A stretch of DNA of 64,000 nucleotides from Piromyces finnis finn (Eukaryota; Fungi; Neocallimastigomycota), in assembly GCA_002104945.1 (NCBI GenBank), contig MCFH01000008.1, positions 372,001-436,000 on the forward strand, in the 5' to 3' direction. The notes under the pieces are model-generated. The model had not been told where the DNA came from. It did no database searches and was given only the letters and a program-made list of their open reading frames with translations. Numbering within the stretch: position 1 is the first letter of the stretch; every line of letters starts with the position of its first letter. Below are positions 1-12,695 of this stretch, piece by piece. The position numbers were made by a program, and so were the translations under genes.

Positions 1-83
1 TATAATTATTTAATTTAAAAAAAAAATTATTCATTTCACTTTCTGGCAGAGTATATTATAATTTAAAAAAAAAAAAATAAAAA

Positions 84-2021
84 ATGGCTTCTAATAGTTC
101 TAGTTTAGTAACACTTTCAGCATCACCGGTTTCATTAAAAGTAAATGAAACTCTAACAACAAAACCTCATGAAAATACAAAAATAGAAAATTCAACTGGT
201 TGTCTATACCCTACTTATAAAAGAAAACAACCACAAAATTTAAAAATTAGAACAGATGTAGCTAAATATCATAAGAAGACTAGTTCTGTATACCCAATGA
301 TAAATCAAACATCAGCTACTGAAAAATCAAAAGTAAAATCAAACAATAACCCAAAAACTCTGTCCCATAAACAAGATATAGAAAAAATTATGGAAAATAC
401 AAATTTAATATGTTCATTTTTAAAAACAATTTGTGTTGATATGCCAGTGGATGAAGAAGATTATATGTATGGTTTACCAAGTCCAAATTTAGAAAGAGAA
501 GAAGAAAAAAGAGAAAGAGGGGAATCTCAAAAAATGAAAAAACCTGCCTCACTTGAAAATTTTGTTGCCAATGTTCTTAATCGTACAAAATTAAATGATA
601 TTTTTGTTCATATTGCCCTTCTCTACGTTCATAAATATTTAAATCATAAAAGGAAAAGAGAAGAAGCTAGAAAAAGGGAAGCATATCGCTTAGCAAAGCA
701 ATATGCTTTATTATCCAATAAAGTAACCTACTGTAAATGGAATGAATTTGGTAAAAGAAAAACATACAGCTCAAAGAATGTATCGGGTAGATTGGTCTCT
801 CATTCAAAATGTCATCATACTATTTCTAAAAATGATACCAAAATAAAGATTTCTAAACCCTCATTAAAGTATATTTTACAACAACAACAGCATCAACAAC
901 GACAACAACAACCATTAAAATATACTGCTCAAACCATTATAGGAAAAAAGAACGAAAATATTGTTGAACCAGTTGGTCTTCCAAAGGAATCTTTAATAAA
1001 AACTCAAAAAGATTTAATCTTTGCAGCAATGATTTGTTCCTCAAAATATCTTGATGATAATTCCTATTGTAATTCTGCTTGGGTTAAACTTACCGACAAA
1101 AGTTTAAAAGAAGTTTTTGCCTTAGAAAGAGAATTCTTAATGTCTATTAAATATGAGCTTTACTTTACCAATGAAGAATGGAAGGAATGGTTTACCTGGA
1201 TTTCGCGTTTCAAGGTATTATTAGATTCTGGTATGACCACTGGAACAATGGATGAAAGAAACAAAAACTCTCCAAGTTGTATGGTTTCTGTTCCATCTCA
1301 ACCTTTCTCTTCTTCTCCTAATTTACCTTATGCTAACACTAGATACACCATTGATAATAGTTTGTTACCTTCTCCAGTAGATATTCCTTCCTCCTATTCT
1401 ACTGCTCATTTCTTTGACAAAGAATTAGAAAAGGAGGTTAGATCATATCATTATCTTGTTTCCAACAATCCTTTTATGCCATCATTATCTACCGTAGCGA
1501 CCTTTGCTGATTGTATTTCACCTCATCATCAACAACCCATGATGCCTTACCATAGAGCCTATCGTGCTCCAAAACTTGAACAATGTCCAGTATACCTTCT
1601 TAGTCCATCCTTTACTAAATATGATCACTATGAAAATTGTTGTCCAATGGATTATTGTAAAGTACCACCACCACCATCACACCATAGAAATAGAGAAAGA
1701 ATGACTTATCCTATCACAAAAAAGATTCATTCCTCTAGTTACTTACCTATACCTACTTTAAATCAAGATCATTATGTTCATTCCTATCTAATAAATTCAG
1801 TGGATACTTCCTTAATTTCTCAAGCTCAAAATTCACCTATTGATTTCAGTGAAATACAAAAATTAACAGAACAACAAAATATTACCTTTAAAAAACCAAT
1901 CTTACCACCATCATGTACCTCTTCTTCCCCCTCCCATCCTTTTGATCTTGTCAATATGAAATATACATCTAAAAACACTTGCCCTTCAACCTCTGGTTTA
2001 TACATTCCACCACATTATTAA
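84..2021 (+). CDS. Pho80/Pcl-family cyclin-like protein (cyclin box plus long S/P/H-rich tail), single exon, 645 aa
   Basis: Split cyclin-box motifs FVANVLNRTKL..IALLYVHKY and DLIFAAMICSSKYLDDNSYCNSAW..EVFALEREFLMSIKYELY, typical of Pho80/Pcl/Clg1 cyclins; uninterrupted ORF. Confidence 0.85.
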   Translation: MASNSSSLVTLSASPVSLKVNETLTTKPHENTKIENSTGCLYPTYKRKQPQNLKIRTDVAKYHKKTSSVYPMINQTSATEKSKVKSNNNPKTLSHKQDIEKIMENTNLICSFLKTICVDMPVDEEDYMYGLPSPNLEREEEKRERGESQKMKKPASLENFVANVLNRTKLNDIFVHIALLYVHKYLNHKRKREEARKREAYRLAKQYALLSNKVTYCKWNEFGKRKTYSSKNVSGRLVSHSKCHHTISKNDTKIKISKPSLKYILQQQQHQQRQQQPLKYTAQTIIGKKNENIVEPVGLPKESLIKTQKDLIFAAMICSSKYLDDNSYCNSAWVKLTDKSLKEVFALEREFLMSIKYELYFTNEEWKEWFTWISRFKVLLDSGMTTGTMDERNKNSPSCMVSVPSQPFSSSPNLPYANTRYTIDNSLLPSPVDIPSSYSTAHFFDKELEKEVRSYHYLVSNNPFMPSLSTVATFADCISPHHQQPMMPYHRAYRAPKLEQCPVYLLSPSFTKYDHYENCCPMDYCKVPPPPSHHRNRERMTYPITKKIHSSSYLPIPTLNQDHYVHSYLINSVDTSLISQAQNSPIDFSEIQKLTEQQNITFKKPILPPSCTSSSPSHPFDLVNMKYTSKNTCPSTSGLYIPPHY

Positions 2022-3091
2022 ATATATTTTTTAAAAAAAATACATGATTGGATATGAATTAACAAAAAAAAAAAAATCTCTCATAAAAACATCGTTTTTT
2101 CTTTTTTTTTTTTTTACTATTACTTTTTAGTGACTACTAAAAAAAAGTATTCATTGTTGGCATAAACAATGAATGATGTACTATAATTTTTTTTAAAAAA
2201 AAAAAAAAGATTTTTAAATATATATATACCAGATATTATTATACATTAATAATTATTTTTTAACATATATCTTTAAATCTTTTTTTTTTTTTTTAATAGT
2301 TTTTAAAAATCTTTATTTATAGGAAGTCTTTTTAAAAATAATTTTATTTTATTATTAAATATTTTTTTATTTTTTAGATAGAAAAAAATAAGTAGAAAAT
2401 GAAAATAATATATAGTTGAATATTATTATACAGTAAAATCAAAGTATTATATAGAAATTGATAATCATTTAGTATATAAAAGTATTTTTTTTTATTATTA
2501 TTATTTTTTTTATAAAAGTATTTTAAATTCATAAATTGTTTAAAAGTAATAATCTACTGATTGTATATAAGAAAAGAAAAAAAAAACTATAGATTTATTC
2601 AACAATGTTTTTTTTTTCTTTTTTTTTTTTCATATTACTTTTAAAATATATGTATATATACAAAACACTAATAAAATAAATTCTATTATTCATGAATGAA
2701 AAAAAAAAAAGGTCTATAAAGTATTTGAGTATTATAAATATGTGATGTGTGTAAAATAAAAGTAGTTTTAAAAGTTGAGGTTTAGTTTGTAAAGTTAAGT
2801 TTCTGATAAATTAACTCTTCATACAACAAATAAATCAATAATATATGTATATCGATACTATATGAATAGTCAAGAAACGCATAGTTATTTTAAAGTTGAA
2901 TAAATTGTTAACCAATACAATTTATCAAGTTAAGCAAACAAAAAAAAATAAAATAAAATAAGATATATATTAATACAATTACATAGATATATCTATGTAA
3001 TTATATTCATTCTATAGTATCTCTCTAGTAATTAATAATCAATTCCCTTTTAAAATTATTTTCTAATTTCATTTCTCTATTTTTTTCATTG

Positions 3092-3112
3092 GTGTGTGTG
3101 TGTGTGTGTGTG
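3092..3112. repeat. (GT)n dinucleotide microsatellite
   Basis: About 10 GT units read directly. Confidence 0.95.
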
Positions 3113-3282
3113 GATAGAAAAGTGTTTCTCCTTCTTTATCCCGCCGGACTCGAAAATAATGATGATTCTTTTCTCTTGATTAATAAAAAAAAAATAAAAA
3201 TCTACTTTTTCGTTGTTGTATTAAAAATAAAAAGGTAAAAGGTTACAATAAATGATCCACCTACACTCTATTTATATTTTCA

Positions 3283-3520
<238 letters not shown>

Positions 3521-4087
3521 AAAAAAATACATTTTTCTATTTTTACTCTTTGATGCTCAAATATTTTAATCTTTTTTTTTTTTTAGGACATAACAGCAAT
3601 ACATCCTCATGCTATCAATAAAAATAATAAATTTTTATAGCATGACGGATGAATAGTCATTTTTTTTTTTTTGTGTCTAAAAAATTTTTTTTTACCAAGT
3701 TTTTATTCTAATCCTCCATTCTAATTTTTAATTTATCTTTTTTTTAATTTATTTTTTTTTATTCATAATTTCTCTTGTTTCAAAAATAGATACCACCATA
3801 CACTATCAACATCCTCATTCACCAATAACATTTAAATAATAATAAATAAATTAAAAAAACAAGAAATACTTTTTTTTTTTTCTTCATCCTATAAAATAAG
3901 AAAAAGAAAAAAGGAAAGAAAAAAAAATAAAAGAAAAAAAAAAAGTAATAAAATACCAGTTTGATAGTTTTTTTTTTTTAAATAGTTAAAATTAAATAAT
4001 TCATGAATATAAATATTTAAAAAAAAAAAAAAATACAAGAAAGAAATTATAAGAAATAAAATACACTTTTTTTTTTGTTGTTGTTTA

Positions 4088-4089
<2 letters not shown>

Positions 4090-4155
<66 letters not shown>
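4090..4155. repeat. (ATT)n microsatellite
   Basis: About 21 perfect ATT units. Confidence 0.95.
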
Positions 4156-4159
<4 letters not shown>

Positions 4160-5252
4160 AAAATTTATTATTTAATATAGAAATATTAAAATAAATGACA
4201 AAAGAATAAAAAAAAAAAAAGTTTTTTTATTTCTTATATTTTTTTTTTCTATTCCTAAATATTCCTAAAAAATTAAATGCCAATAAATAACAATAAATAA
4301 TGACAAACAATGACAACAATGTCCTAAACAATAATTTTTTTTTTTTCGATTCTTTTCTTATTGTTTTTTAATTGTCCATAGTTCATTATAAATAAATAGA
4401 AATAAAATTATTGTTACCTTACTACTTGTCTAATTTATTAATATATAATTTTAATTTACCACTTTAAAAAAAAAAGGTGACACTTTATTTTTTAATAAAA
4501 ATGTATACTATTAAAAAAGTTAAAAGTTTTATAAAACATAGGAAACCATGAATTGGTTTGTTTTTTTGTTGTTAATGGTGAAACTCTATCAATAAATATA
4601 TATATTATCTTTTTTTTTTTTTTAGAAAAAAAAATACTTTTTTCATTATTTTTTTGACAAAAATAAATAAATAAATAAAATAAAATGTTTTTCCGAAAAA
4701 AAAAATTTTTACAAATACAAAAATGTAATTTTTGGAAAAAAAAATGTAATGTAAATATAAAAAATATTTTTTTAAAATACTCTAAAAAAAAAAAAAGGGA
4801 AGAAAGAATAACAAAATTATTTCTTCTATTTCTTTTATATATACATCTCTATTTTTTATTAATAAATTTAAAAAGGTAATTTAGGTACTGACCTATAAAA
4901 GTAAAATGTTAAATTTAAATGTTATAAATCTATTAAAGTAAAATGTTAAATGTAAATATTATAAATAACTAAAAATATATAGAATAAAAGAATAAAAAAA
5001 TTATAATCACACACTCATAAGTATATCCACAAAAGAAAGTTTTTTTTTTTTAAAAAAATAACAATTTTATTAATAATGGTTTATATAATAATAGTATTAT
5101 TTATTAGAATTATTATATATATTATTTATTATGCGATATCAGATTATAATAATATAAATTAAATTAGATAATATTATTTTTTTTAATAAAATAAAAAAAA
5201 GATAGATATTGACATTATTAAATTTTTACAAGAAAGATCAAATTTCATTAAT

Positions 5253-6609
5253 TTATTGGTAACCACTAATACCAAGACATTCTTCCATGTTAACAGAAGT
5301 GTAACCATTAGCAAGCATGGTATCAATTTCAGCTCTAGCTAAAGCTAAAATACCTTCTTTAGTGGCACCACCGTACTTTAAGTGGTTTAAGGTAATAATT
5401 GGTTGACCCTTGGCTTGGTTGATAACTTGCTTGGCATAGTTAATATCACCACCATTACTGTAATCCATTGGATCAACATTCCAAGTAACAGCAGCAGTGT
5501 AACCAGCAGCTTGAAGAGCTCCCATAACATTTTGGTTACCACTACCAGAACCGTATGGTGGACGCATGAAGGCTGGCTTCTTACCAATAGCTTGAGAGAT
5601 AAGGTTTTCAACTTGCTTCATTTGACTTTGAATTTGGTCTGCAGAAAGCTTAGTTAAATCTTCGTGATCATAAGTGTGGTTACCAACAGTGTGACCTTCA
5701 TTGTACATTCTCTTAATAATTCTAGACCAATTTGGATCAGTGTTTTGCATGTACATGTGACCAACAATGAAGAAAGTGGCCTTGATACCCTTTTCCTTTA
5801 AAAGATCTAAGATATCATCAGCGAATTCAGTTGGTCCATCATCGAAGGTCATGGCCCAATTCATTGGGTTCTTACATTGAGTATAGAATTGTAAACCAGA
5901 ACCAGCTGGGTAACTACCACCAGCATTACCTCCTGGAGCTGGATTAGCTGGAGCTGGAGCTGGATTTGCTGGAGCTTGGTTAGCACCATTATTCCAATCA
6001 AAGTTGAAACCACCATTGTTGTTGTTATTGTTGTTGTTGTTCCATTGGTTATTCCAATCAAATCCACCATTATTGTTGTTGTTGTTCCATTGGTTATTCC
6101 AATCAAATCCACCATTGTTGTTGTTGTTGTTGTTGTTCCATTGATTGTTGTTATTCCATTGGTTATTCCAATCCCAACCATTATTGTTGTTGTTATTATT
6201 GTTATTCCATTGGTTGTTGTTGTTCCATTGGTTATTCCAATCCCAACCATTGTTACCCCATTGGTTGTCAACAGCATTAGAAACTGGAGCAGCTGGGGCA
6301 GCATTAGCAGCACCTCCTGGTTGACAATCAGAATACCATTCATTTTGTTTTACACAAGTGTAACCTGAAACACAACAGGCTTCACCTTGGAAATTGTTAC
6401 TATATTAATTAATCATAATTTATAAGTTAATAATTAATGTTTTTTTGTTTTTTTTTTTTTTGCTTTTTTTAATTTATATTAATGTATTTAATAATTATGA
6501 ATTAAATAGTTTACCCTCCACATTGGGCGTAAGCACCACCACAAGCAGCGCTTGATAATTTAGCAAGACCTAAAGCAGTTAAACTGGAGAAAATTAAAGA
6601 GAATTTCAT
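5253..6609 (-). CDS. Secreted CE4 polysaccharide deacetylase with N-terminal CBM1 and N/W/Q-repeat linker; exons 6609-6515, 6399-5253 (413 aa)
   Basis: Signal peptide MKFSLIFSSLTALGLAKLSSA. CBM1 CGGAYAQCGG|NNFQGEACCVSGYTCVKQNEWYSDC spans a GTAAAC..TAG intron (6514-6400). NodB motifs TFDDGP, HTYDH, RPPYG, DPMDY, LNH are all present and in frame with ORF 5253..5864. Confidence 0.92.
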
Positions 6610-9600
6610 TTTGAATTAAATTTTAATAATAATAATTATTTATTTACAAAAGGATTATTAATAAATTTACAAAAACAATAGTTTTTTTTTTTTTCTTTTT
6701 AAAAAAAATATTATATTATATTATATTATAAATATATAATAATGAAATTTAAAAAAAAAGAAAATTAGTTTGATATTTATACAAAAATTGTTATTTATTA
6801 CTTCTTTAATTTCTTTTACTAATTTTAACTTTATTTAACCATTAATGTTTTATTTTAATTAATTTAAATTTAATATTAAAAATGCATTTTACTATAATTG
6901 TTGATGTTACACGAAACATATTCTGGTATATTAAATCTTTTCCATCTTTTATTTTTAAAACTTTATATGTTAAATAAATGTTTTAGAAATGCTATTATAA
7001 AAAAAAATGAAAATAAAATTTATTCATCATTTAATTATTATTTGATTATTATCATTTCATTTTTAAAATAACGTATAAGAATTAGTTTATTCAATATAAT
7101 TAAAAACTTTTTTTTTATTCGTTGTATTTTTAATAATTTTTTTACATGAATTAAAATTCGATTTTAAAAATAATCTCATTTATTAGTATTTTAAAAAAAA
7201 AGGCGTTCTTAATTTAAATAGATTAATTAAAAATTATTAATCTTACTATTTTTATTCTAATTATGTGATACAAAAGTTTAAAGATTAATAAAATATAATA
7301 AAAAAGAAAAAAGAAAAAAGAATTTTAAAATGTTTTATTAATTGTATTTTCATTAATAATTTACTTTTTAATTTTTTATATTAAAAAAAATGACCGTAAT
7401 TATACAAATATAAAACATTTAAATAAAAAATTAAATAAATACTATTATAAATTAATAATTAAACTTTTTATTATTAAAGTAATGATTGGTTGAAGTATTA
7501 ATTTTTAAAAGATAAATAAAATAGAATCTTGGATTATTACATTCTACCATTATTAATTATTATTTAATTTATTAAATTAGAAATGTTTTAGCAATGTTTT
7601 AAAAGTTATTAAGTTATTAAGATATAATAATAATAATTAAAACTTTTTGAATTTTCTATTATATTATGGGTATAGCGTCTCATTATTATGGTATTTGAGT
7701 GGTTAAAAAAGAATTAAATAATAAAATGTCAACAATAAAAGTAATAATAATAAAAAGAATCAATTGATCGATAAAAAAAAAAAGATAAACTAATACTTTT
7801 TCAAGTATTATATTTGTTTGTTTATTTTTATTTATATAATAAGTACACAAAGCACAAACAATTTTTTAATTATTAAAAATGGCTAATGATGATATAAAAC
7901 ACGACCGTTTTTCGTATTACCTCAATATTTAATAGGATAAAAAAAAATATATACTAATTTTATAATTATTTTTATTTTATGAGAAAAGTTTTTATTATTG
8001 TTATTATTACTCTACATAGTGGATTTTGAGTAAAATTATTTTGAGTATAATTGAATTAACAAAATGTGGATATAAAAAAATAGACTACTAGAGGTAGAAT
8101 ATGGAAAATTTTATAACACAGAAAACATTATAATAAAAAAAGTCCTTCCCAATAAAGAAATAAAATCTTTCCTTTTTTTTAAAAAAATAGCATTATAACA
8201 CTTTTTAATAACTTTCTTTTATATAAAGTAAAAAAAAATAATAATAATTATTTGACATAACTTTATACATATTCTAGAAATACTATAAAATTAATTATCA
8301 AAATCGCTTATTATCAAATAATAATTTTTTTTAATTTAAAATAAAACATGTTTTTTTCTTTCTTTTAATTAATATTGTAAATTTTATATTAAAATTTTAA
8401 AATATATATAAATATTTTTTATATCTTATATAGTTAATATTTAGTGGCTTGATTTTACAAAATAGTATTATTGTGTAATAAGTTTCTTTTATAGTAAAAA
8501 TAATATTTGTTATTACTACTTTCTCTTTATACAAAAACTACTACTTTGTTTTTTACCTTTTGTATTTATACAAAAATTATTCAGCAGTACAATATTATTC
8601 ATAATCTATATAGTTAACAGAGAATCTATTTTTATCTTTATTTTATATTATAATCATATTTTTTTTAAATAAAAAAAAGAATAAGTCATTTATAGAATTG
8701 AACCTATGAACATATTAATTTAATTAACTTTAGAATGATAAATAATGGTCATAAAGAAAAGCGTTATTTAAAAAATGATTTAAATCATTATACTTTTTTA
8801 TTAACTAAAAAAAATAAATAAAAAGGTTGCCATTTTTAGTGGGATACAATAATAAATAATGATTACCTAAAAGCACATAAAATAAACAATAGTAAAAATA
8901 TATAATGGGAAAAAATATATAAAATGATAATTTATTATTACTTATTTCGTAATAATATGCAAATTAAATAATAAATATAGTCAATGTAATGATAAAAAAT
9001 AATATTATACATCTTATTGAATGGGGAACAAAATAAGCATAATAATATAAAAAATTAACCAATATTTTTAAATGGCTAGATTAACAAATGAAATATTCAT
9101 TTTTAACATGTATTTGTGGCTTATGGTTAATAAACTATAAAGTTTTATACAATAATCTATTTAATGTATTTTATAGAACTTTTATCCTTTTTACAAATTC
9201 TCTGTTATAAATAGGCAAGACAACTTTATATGGCAAGATATTTTAATATCTATAGTAATAAACACGACTATATGATTATATAGTTTTTAAAAAGAATATT
9301 TAAAAAAATTATTATAATCTATGTTCTATCTTAGTATGATAAATAATTATTACAATAAAATTTGTTAAAGCCATTCTGCATATAAATATCCTAGTAATCA
9401 TCACCATCATCCTTTTTATTATTACTATTACTATTACTATTACTATTACTATTATTATAGCATCCAATAACATATTTATTAAAAATAAAAAATGTAAATA
9501 AGAAAAAAAAAAGAAAATAAAAAGAATATCTTTTATTTTTATATATATATATATATTATTATTGTGAAGTAAAAAAAAATTTATTTTAAAGAAAAGGGTT

Positions 9601-10875
9601 AGAATTTAATCGCACAAGGTTAATTAAAAAAAAATATATTTATTATAGATAAAATATATACAATTATTTTCATTATACAAGACTCAAGTAACTTTAAAAA
9701 AAAAAAAAAAAAAGGAGAGTAAAAGAGAGAAATATTATTGTATATAATATATGATATTCATACTTTTCAATAATAATAACTATAAGAATATTATATTAAT
9801 TATTAAATAATAAAAATTATATTTTAATAAAATGATTAATATAACTTTTTTTTTTTTTCGATTTCATTAATTCATTAAATACATTATGCCTTAATATTTT
9901 TTTTTTTTTTTCCTTTTAAATGTATTATTTTGTGAGGATTAAAGAAAGCGACAATAATAATTTTTACTTTTAGAATATATACAAAACTCCGTTAATTTAA
10001 ATTATAAATAATTAATTTTTAAGAATAAAAAATGCCAGAAAATAAAAAAAAAAAAAAAAGATATAATTTGTAGTTCCATTTTATTTTTATTTAGTATACA
10101 ATATTTTACTGTTTTACTATGCCATTACTTGATATTAAATATTTTATTATACAACAACAAAAAAAAAAATTAAACTTGAAAACAATTTAAATAAATAATA
10201 TTTTAATATTTTCTTTCTTTACTTTATTGACTATCAAATGATTATAACTATCAGTAAAATTATTATTATTATTATTATTATTATTATTTTTTTTAAAAAA
10301 AAGCTAATATTAATATCAAATAAAATGATTAAAAGGTGTAGTTTTTTTTTTTTTTTTTTTTTACAAAACTTAAACATTTTAAAGTTTATTCTTTGTAATA
10401 TATTATAGTATAATGTAATTAAATGAAATCAAATTAAAAATTGAATTATTAATTAAAAATGGATAACCAATATAATATTGAATTTATTTTTAATTATTAG
10501 GGTCGTAAGAGTTAAAGTTTAAAGAATAATGGAAAAAAAAATTTTTTTAATCATTTGAAAGGAGATATTTTAATTATTAAAATAATGGTTCCATTAATTA
10601 TTATTAACATCATTTAATTCATTTAATCCATCCTTTCAATTATAAAAAGTATTAATTAATATTAATAAAAAAAAAGAAAAATAAAAAGATATTATTAAAT
10701 AAAACAAAATAAAGCAAATTATTTCCTTATTATTAAATTTTCATTTATTTATCTTTTTTTTTTTTTAAAAAAAAGATTTTTATTTCAGTTAACAGGTTAA
10801 AATATTCCCTTTAAAGAAAATACATCCTAACGCATATACCCAAAACATATTCAAATAAAATTTCATTATAATAAC

Positions 10876-12243
10876 ATGAAAATGAATAATAAAAAAAATC
10901 AAGGTATTAAGGATAATTCATTATTAAAAAACTATTATATATCATTAGTACTCTATATCATCTAAACAGTTTAATATTTAAAATTTTATACTAATTATAA
11001 AAAAAATTTATCATTAAAAGGAACTTTTAATGGAATGAGATCTGTTAGGTTTCCTCCTATAAAACAGACTTTGGTAGATTCAGGAACCTATGAACCACAA
11101 AAAGTATAATAGAAATAAAGAGTTTTTATTATTATTATTTTTTTTTTTAGATCCATAACTAATAATTGAATATATATATATATAGGTAAAGTATTTTAAT
11201 GATATGTTAGAAAATAAACCACATAGTATTCATGGTGTATGTGAAACCTTAGAAAATAGATTTAAAAGTTTAAAACAAAATCATGTAAGTTTTTTTTTTA
11301 AATCTACCATATTTCTTGTTATACAATGTTTTAATTAATAATTTATGTATTTATAATTTTATAGAATGTAGCACCATGTGATCATAATACTTCAACTGGA
11401 TTAATTTTAGATCCTCTTAAAGTTATTGATATGAGTAAAAAAAGTTCAAGATATAATTTTGATTCATCAGTATGCATTAAATTATTGATCATATAGATTA
11501 TCATATATATAACTGTTAAAATATATTTTATTATGTTAACTATTTTTTTTTTTTTTTGTTTTCTATATGTTATTCATTCCATCATTTACAAATAATAAAA
11601 GTCTACTACTCCACCACCAAGTAATATATTTCATATAATATAAAAAAAAATAATATTATTAAGAAAAAATATTTTATTTTTTGTAATATTCTAAATATAT
11701 ATAAATATACATTTATAGATGCATACGATGTTAATTATACTTCAGGTTGGATATATAAATTATGTTTATATTTTAAAATACTAACTTCCAATATAAATAA
11801 AATAATTATTAATAAATATATATATATATATATATATATAAATTTAATTTACAGGTCGTTATGCTTCAAATAATTATAAATTTCAATTATTAAAGTCAAA
11901 TGAAAATAAAGAGGTATAAAATTTATCAATAGAATATATAATTATTAATTCTATATATATATATTTATTTAATTTTATTTCCTATTTTTATGTTATTAAG
12001 ATATTTTATTTATTTTATATTTTCATTTAATATATAATTATTAATTCTTTTATTTTTTTTATGCATATATTTATTTGGTATCATCATTAATAGAGAGATG
12101 ATTTTAATAAAACACAATTAGATACCGTAAGACATTTATTGAAATTAGATAATATTTTTACGGATAAAAGAACATGTAGAAGAATAGCTCATTTTGCTCT
12201 TTACTTTCCTCAAAGACGTTTAAAAGAAAAACATGAAGAATAA
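10876..12243 (+). CDS. Eight-exon small basic protein, probably ciliary microtubule-associated (pitchfork/CIMAP-like); exons 10876-10903, 11021-11103, 11186-11284, 11365-11469, 11602-11620, 11719-11745, 11855-11913, 12094-12243
   Basis: All seven introns are GT..AG with compatible phases and give an open frame. Motifs GTYEP and TPPPNAYDV resemble PGPGxY repeats. C-terminal FTDKRTCRRIAHFALYF resembles, from memory, the pitchfork-type C-terminus. Absent from the ORF track. Confidence 0.75.
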
Positions 12244-12325
12244 TTAATGACAAACAAATAAAACAAACAAACAAACAAAAACAACAACAATAATCAAATC
12301 ATCAAATCATAACTTATCTACAAAA

Positions 12326-12371
<46 letters not shown>

Positions 12372-12664
12372 TCTTTTTTTTTTTTTTTTTTTGAATTATT
12401 AAAATTAGAATTTATAAAAAAATAGAATAAGATACATTTTTTATAGTAATTACTTTTTTTTTTATTTATTTATTTAAAATTTTAGTTTCTATCTATTTTA
12501 CAACTAATACTTTGTATATTCAGCAATAAAAGAAATTTTTTTTTAAAATATGACTAAATAAAAGTTTTACATAAAAAAATTTTCATAATAATTATTCTAA
12601 TTTATATATAATATTATGTTGATAATAAAAAAATGGGAATTACTAATTTTTTAATAAAAACTCA

Positions 12665-12695
<31 letters not shown>

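Noticed and set aside
4685-4879. 64-aa plus-strand ORF
   Set aside because: Poly-A/T low-complexity translation with no motifs or exon structure; chance ORF.
5387-6368. Alternative-frame and antisense ORFs (5387-5611, 5403-5657, 5861-6343, 5976-6368)
   Set aside because: Shadows of the CE4 gene and its AAC/AAT linker, which lack stops in other frames.
7879-7932. Short ATG-initiated frame MANDDIKHDRFSYYLNI
   Set aside because: No compatible downstream exon found; too short to support.
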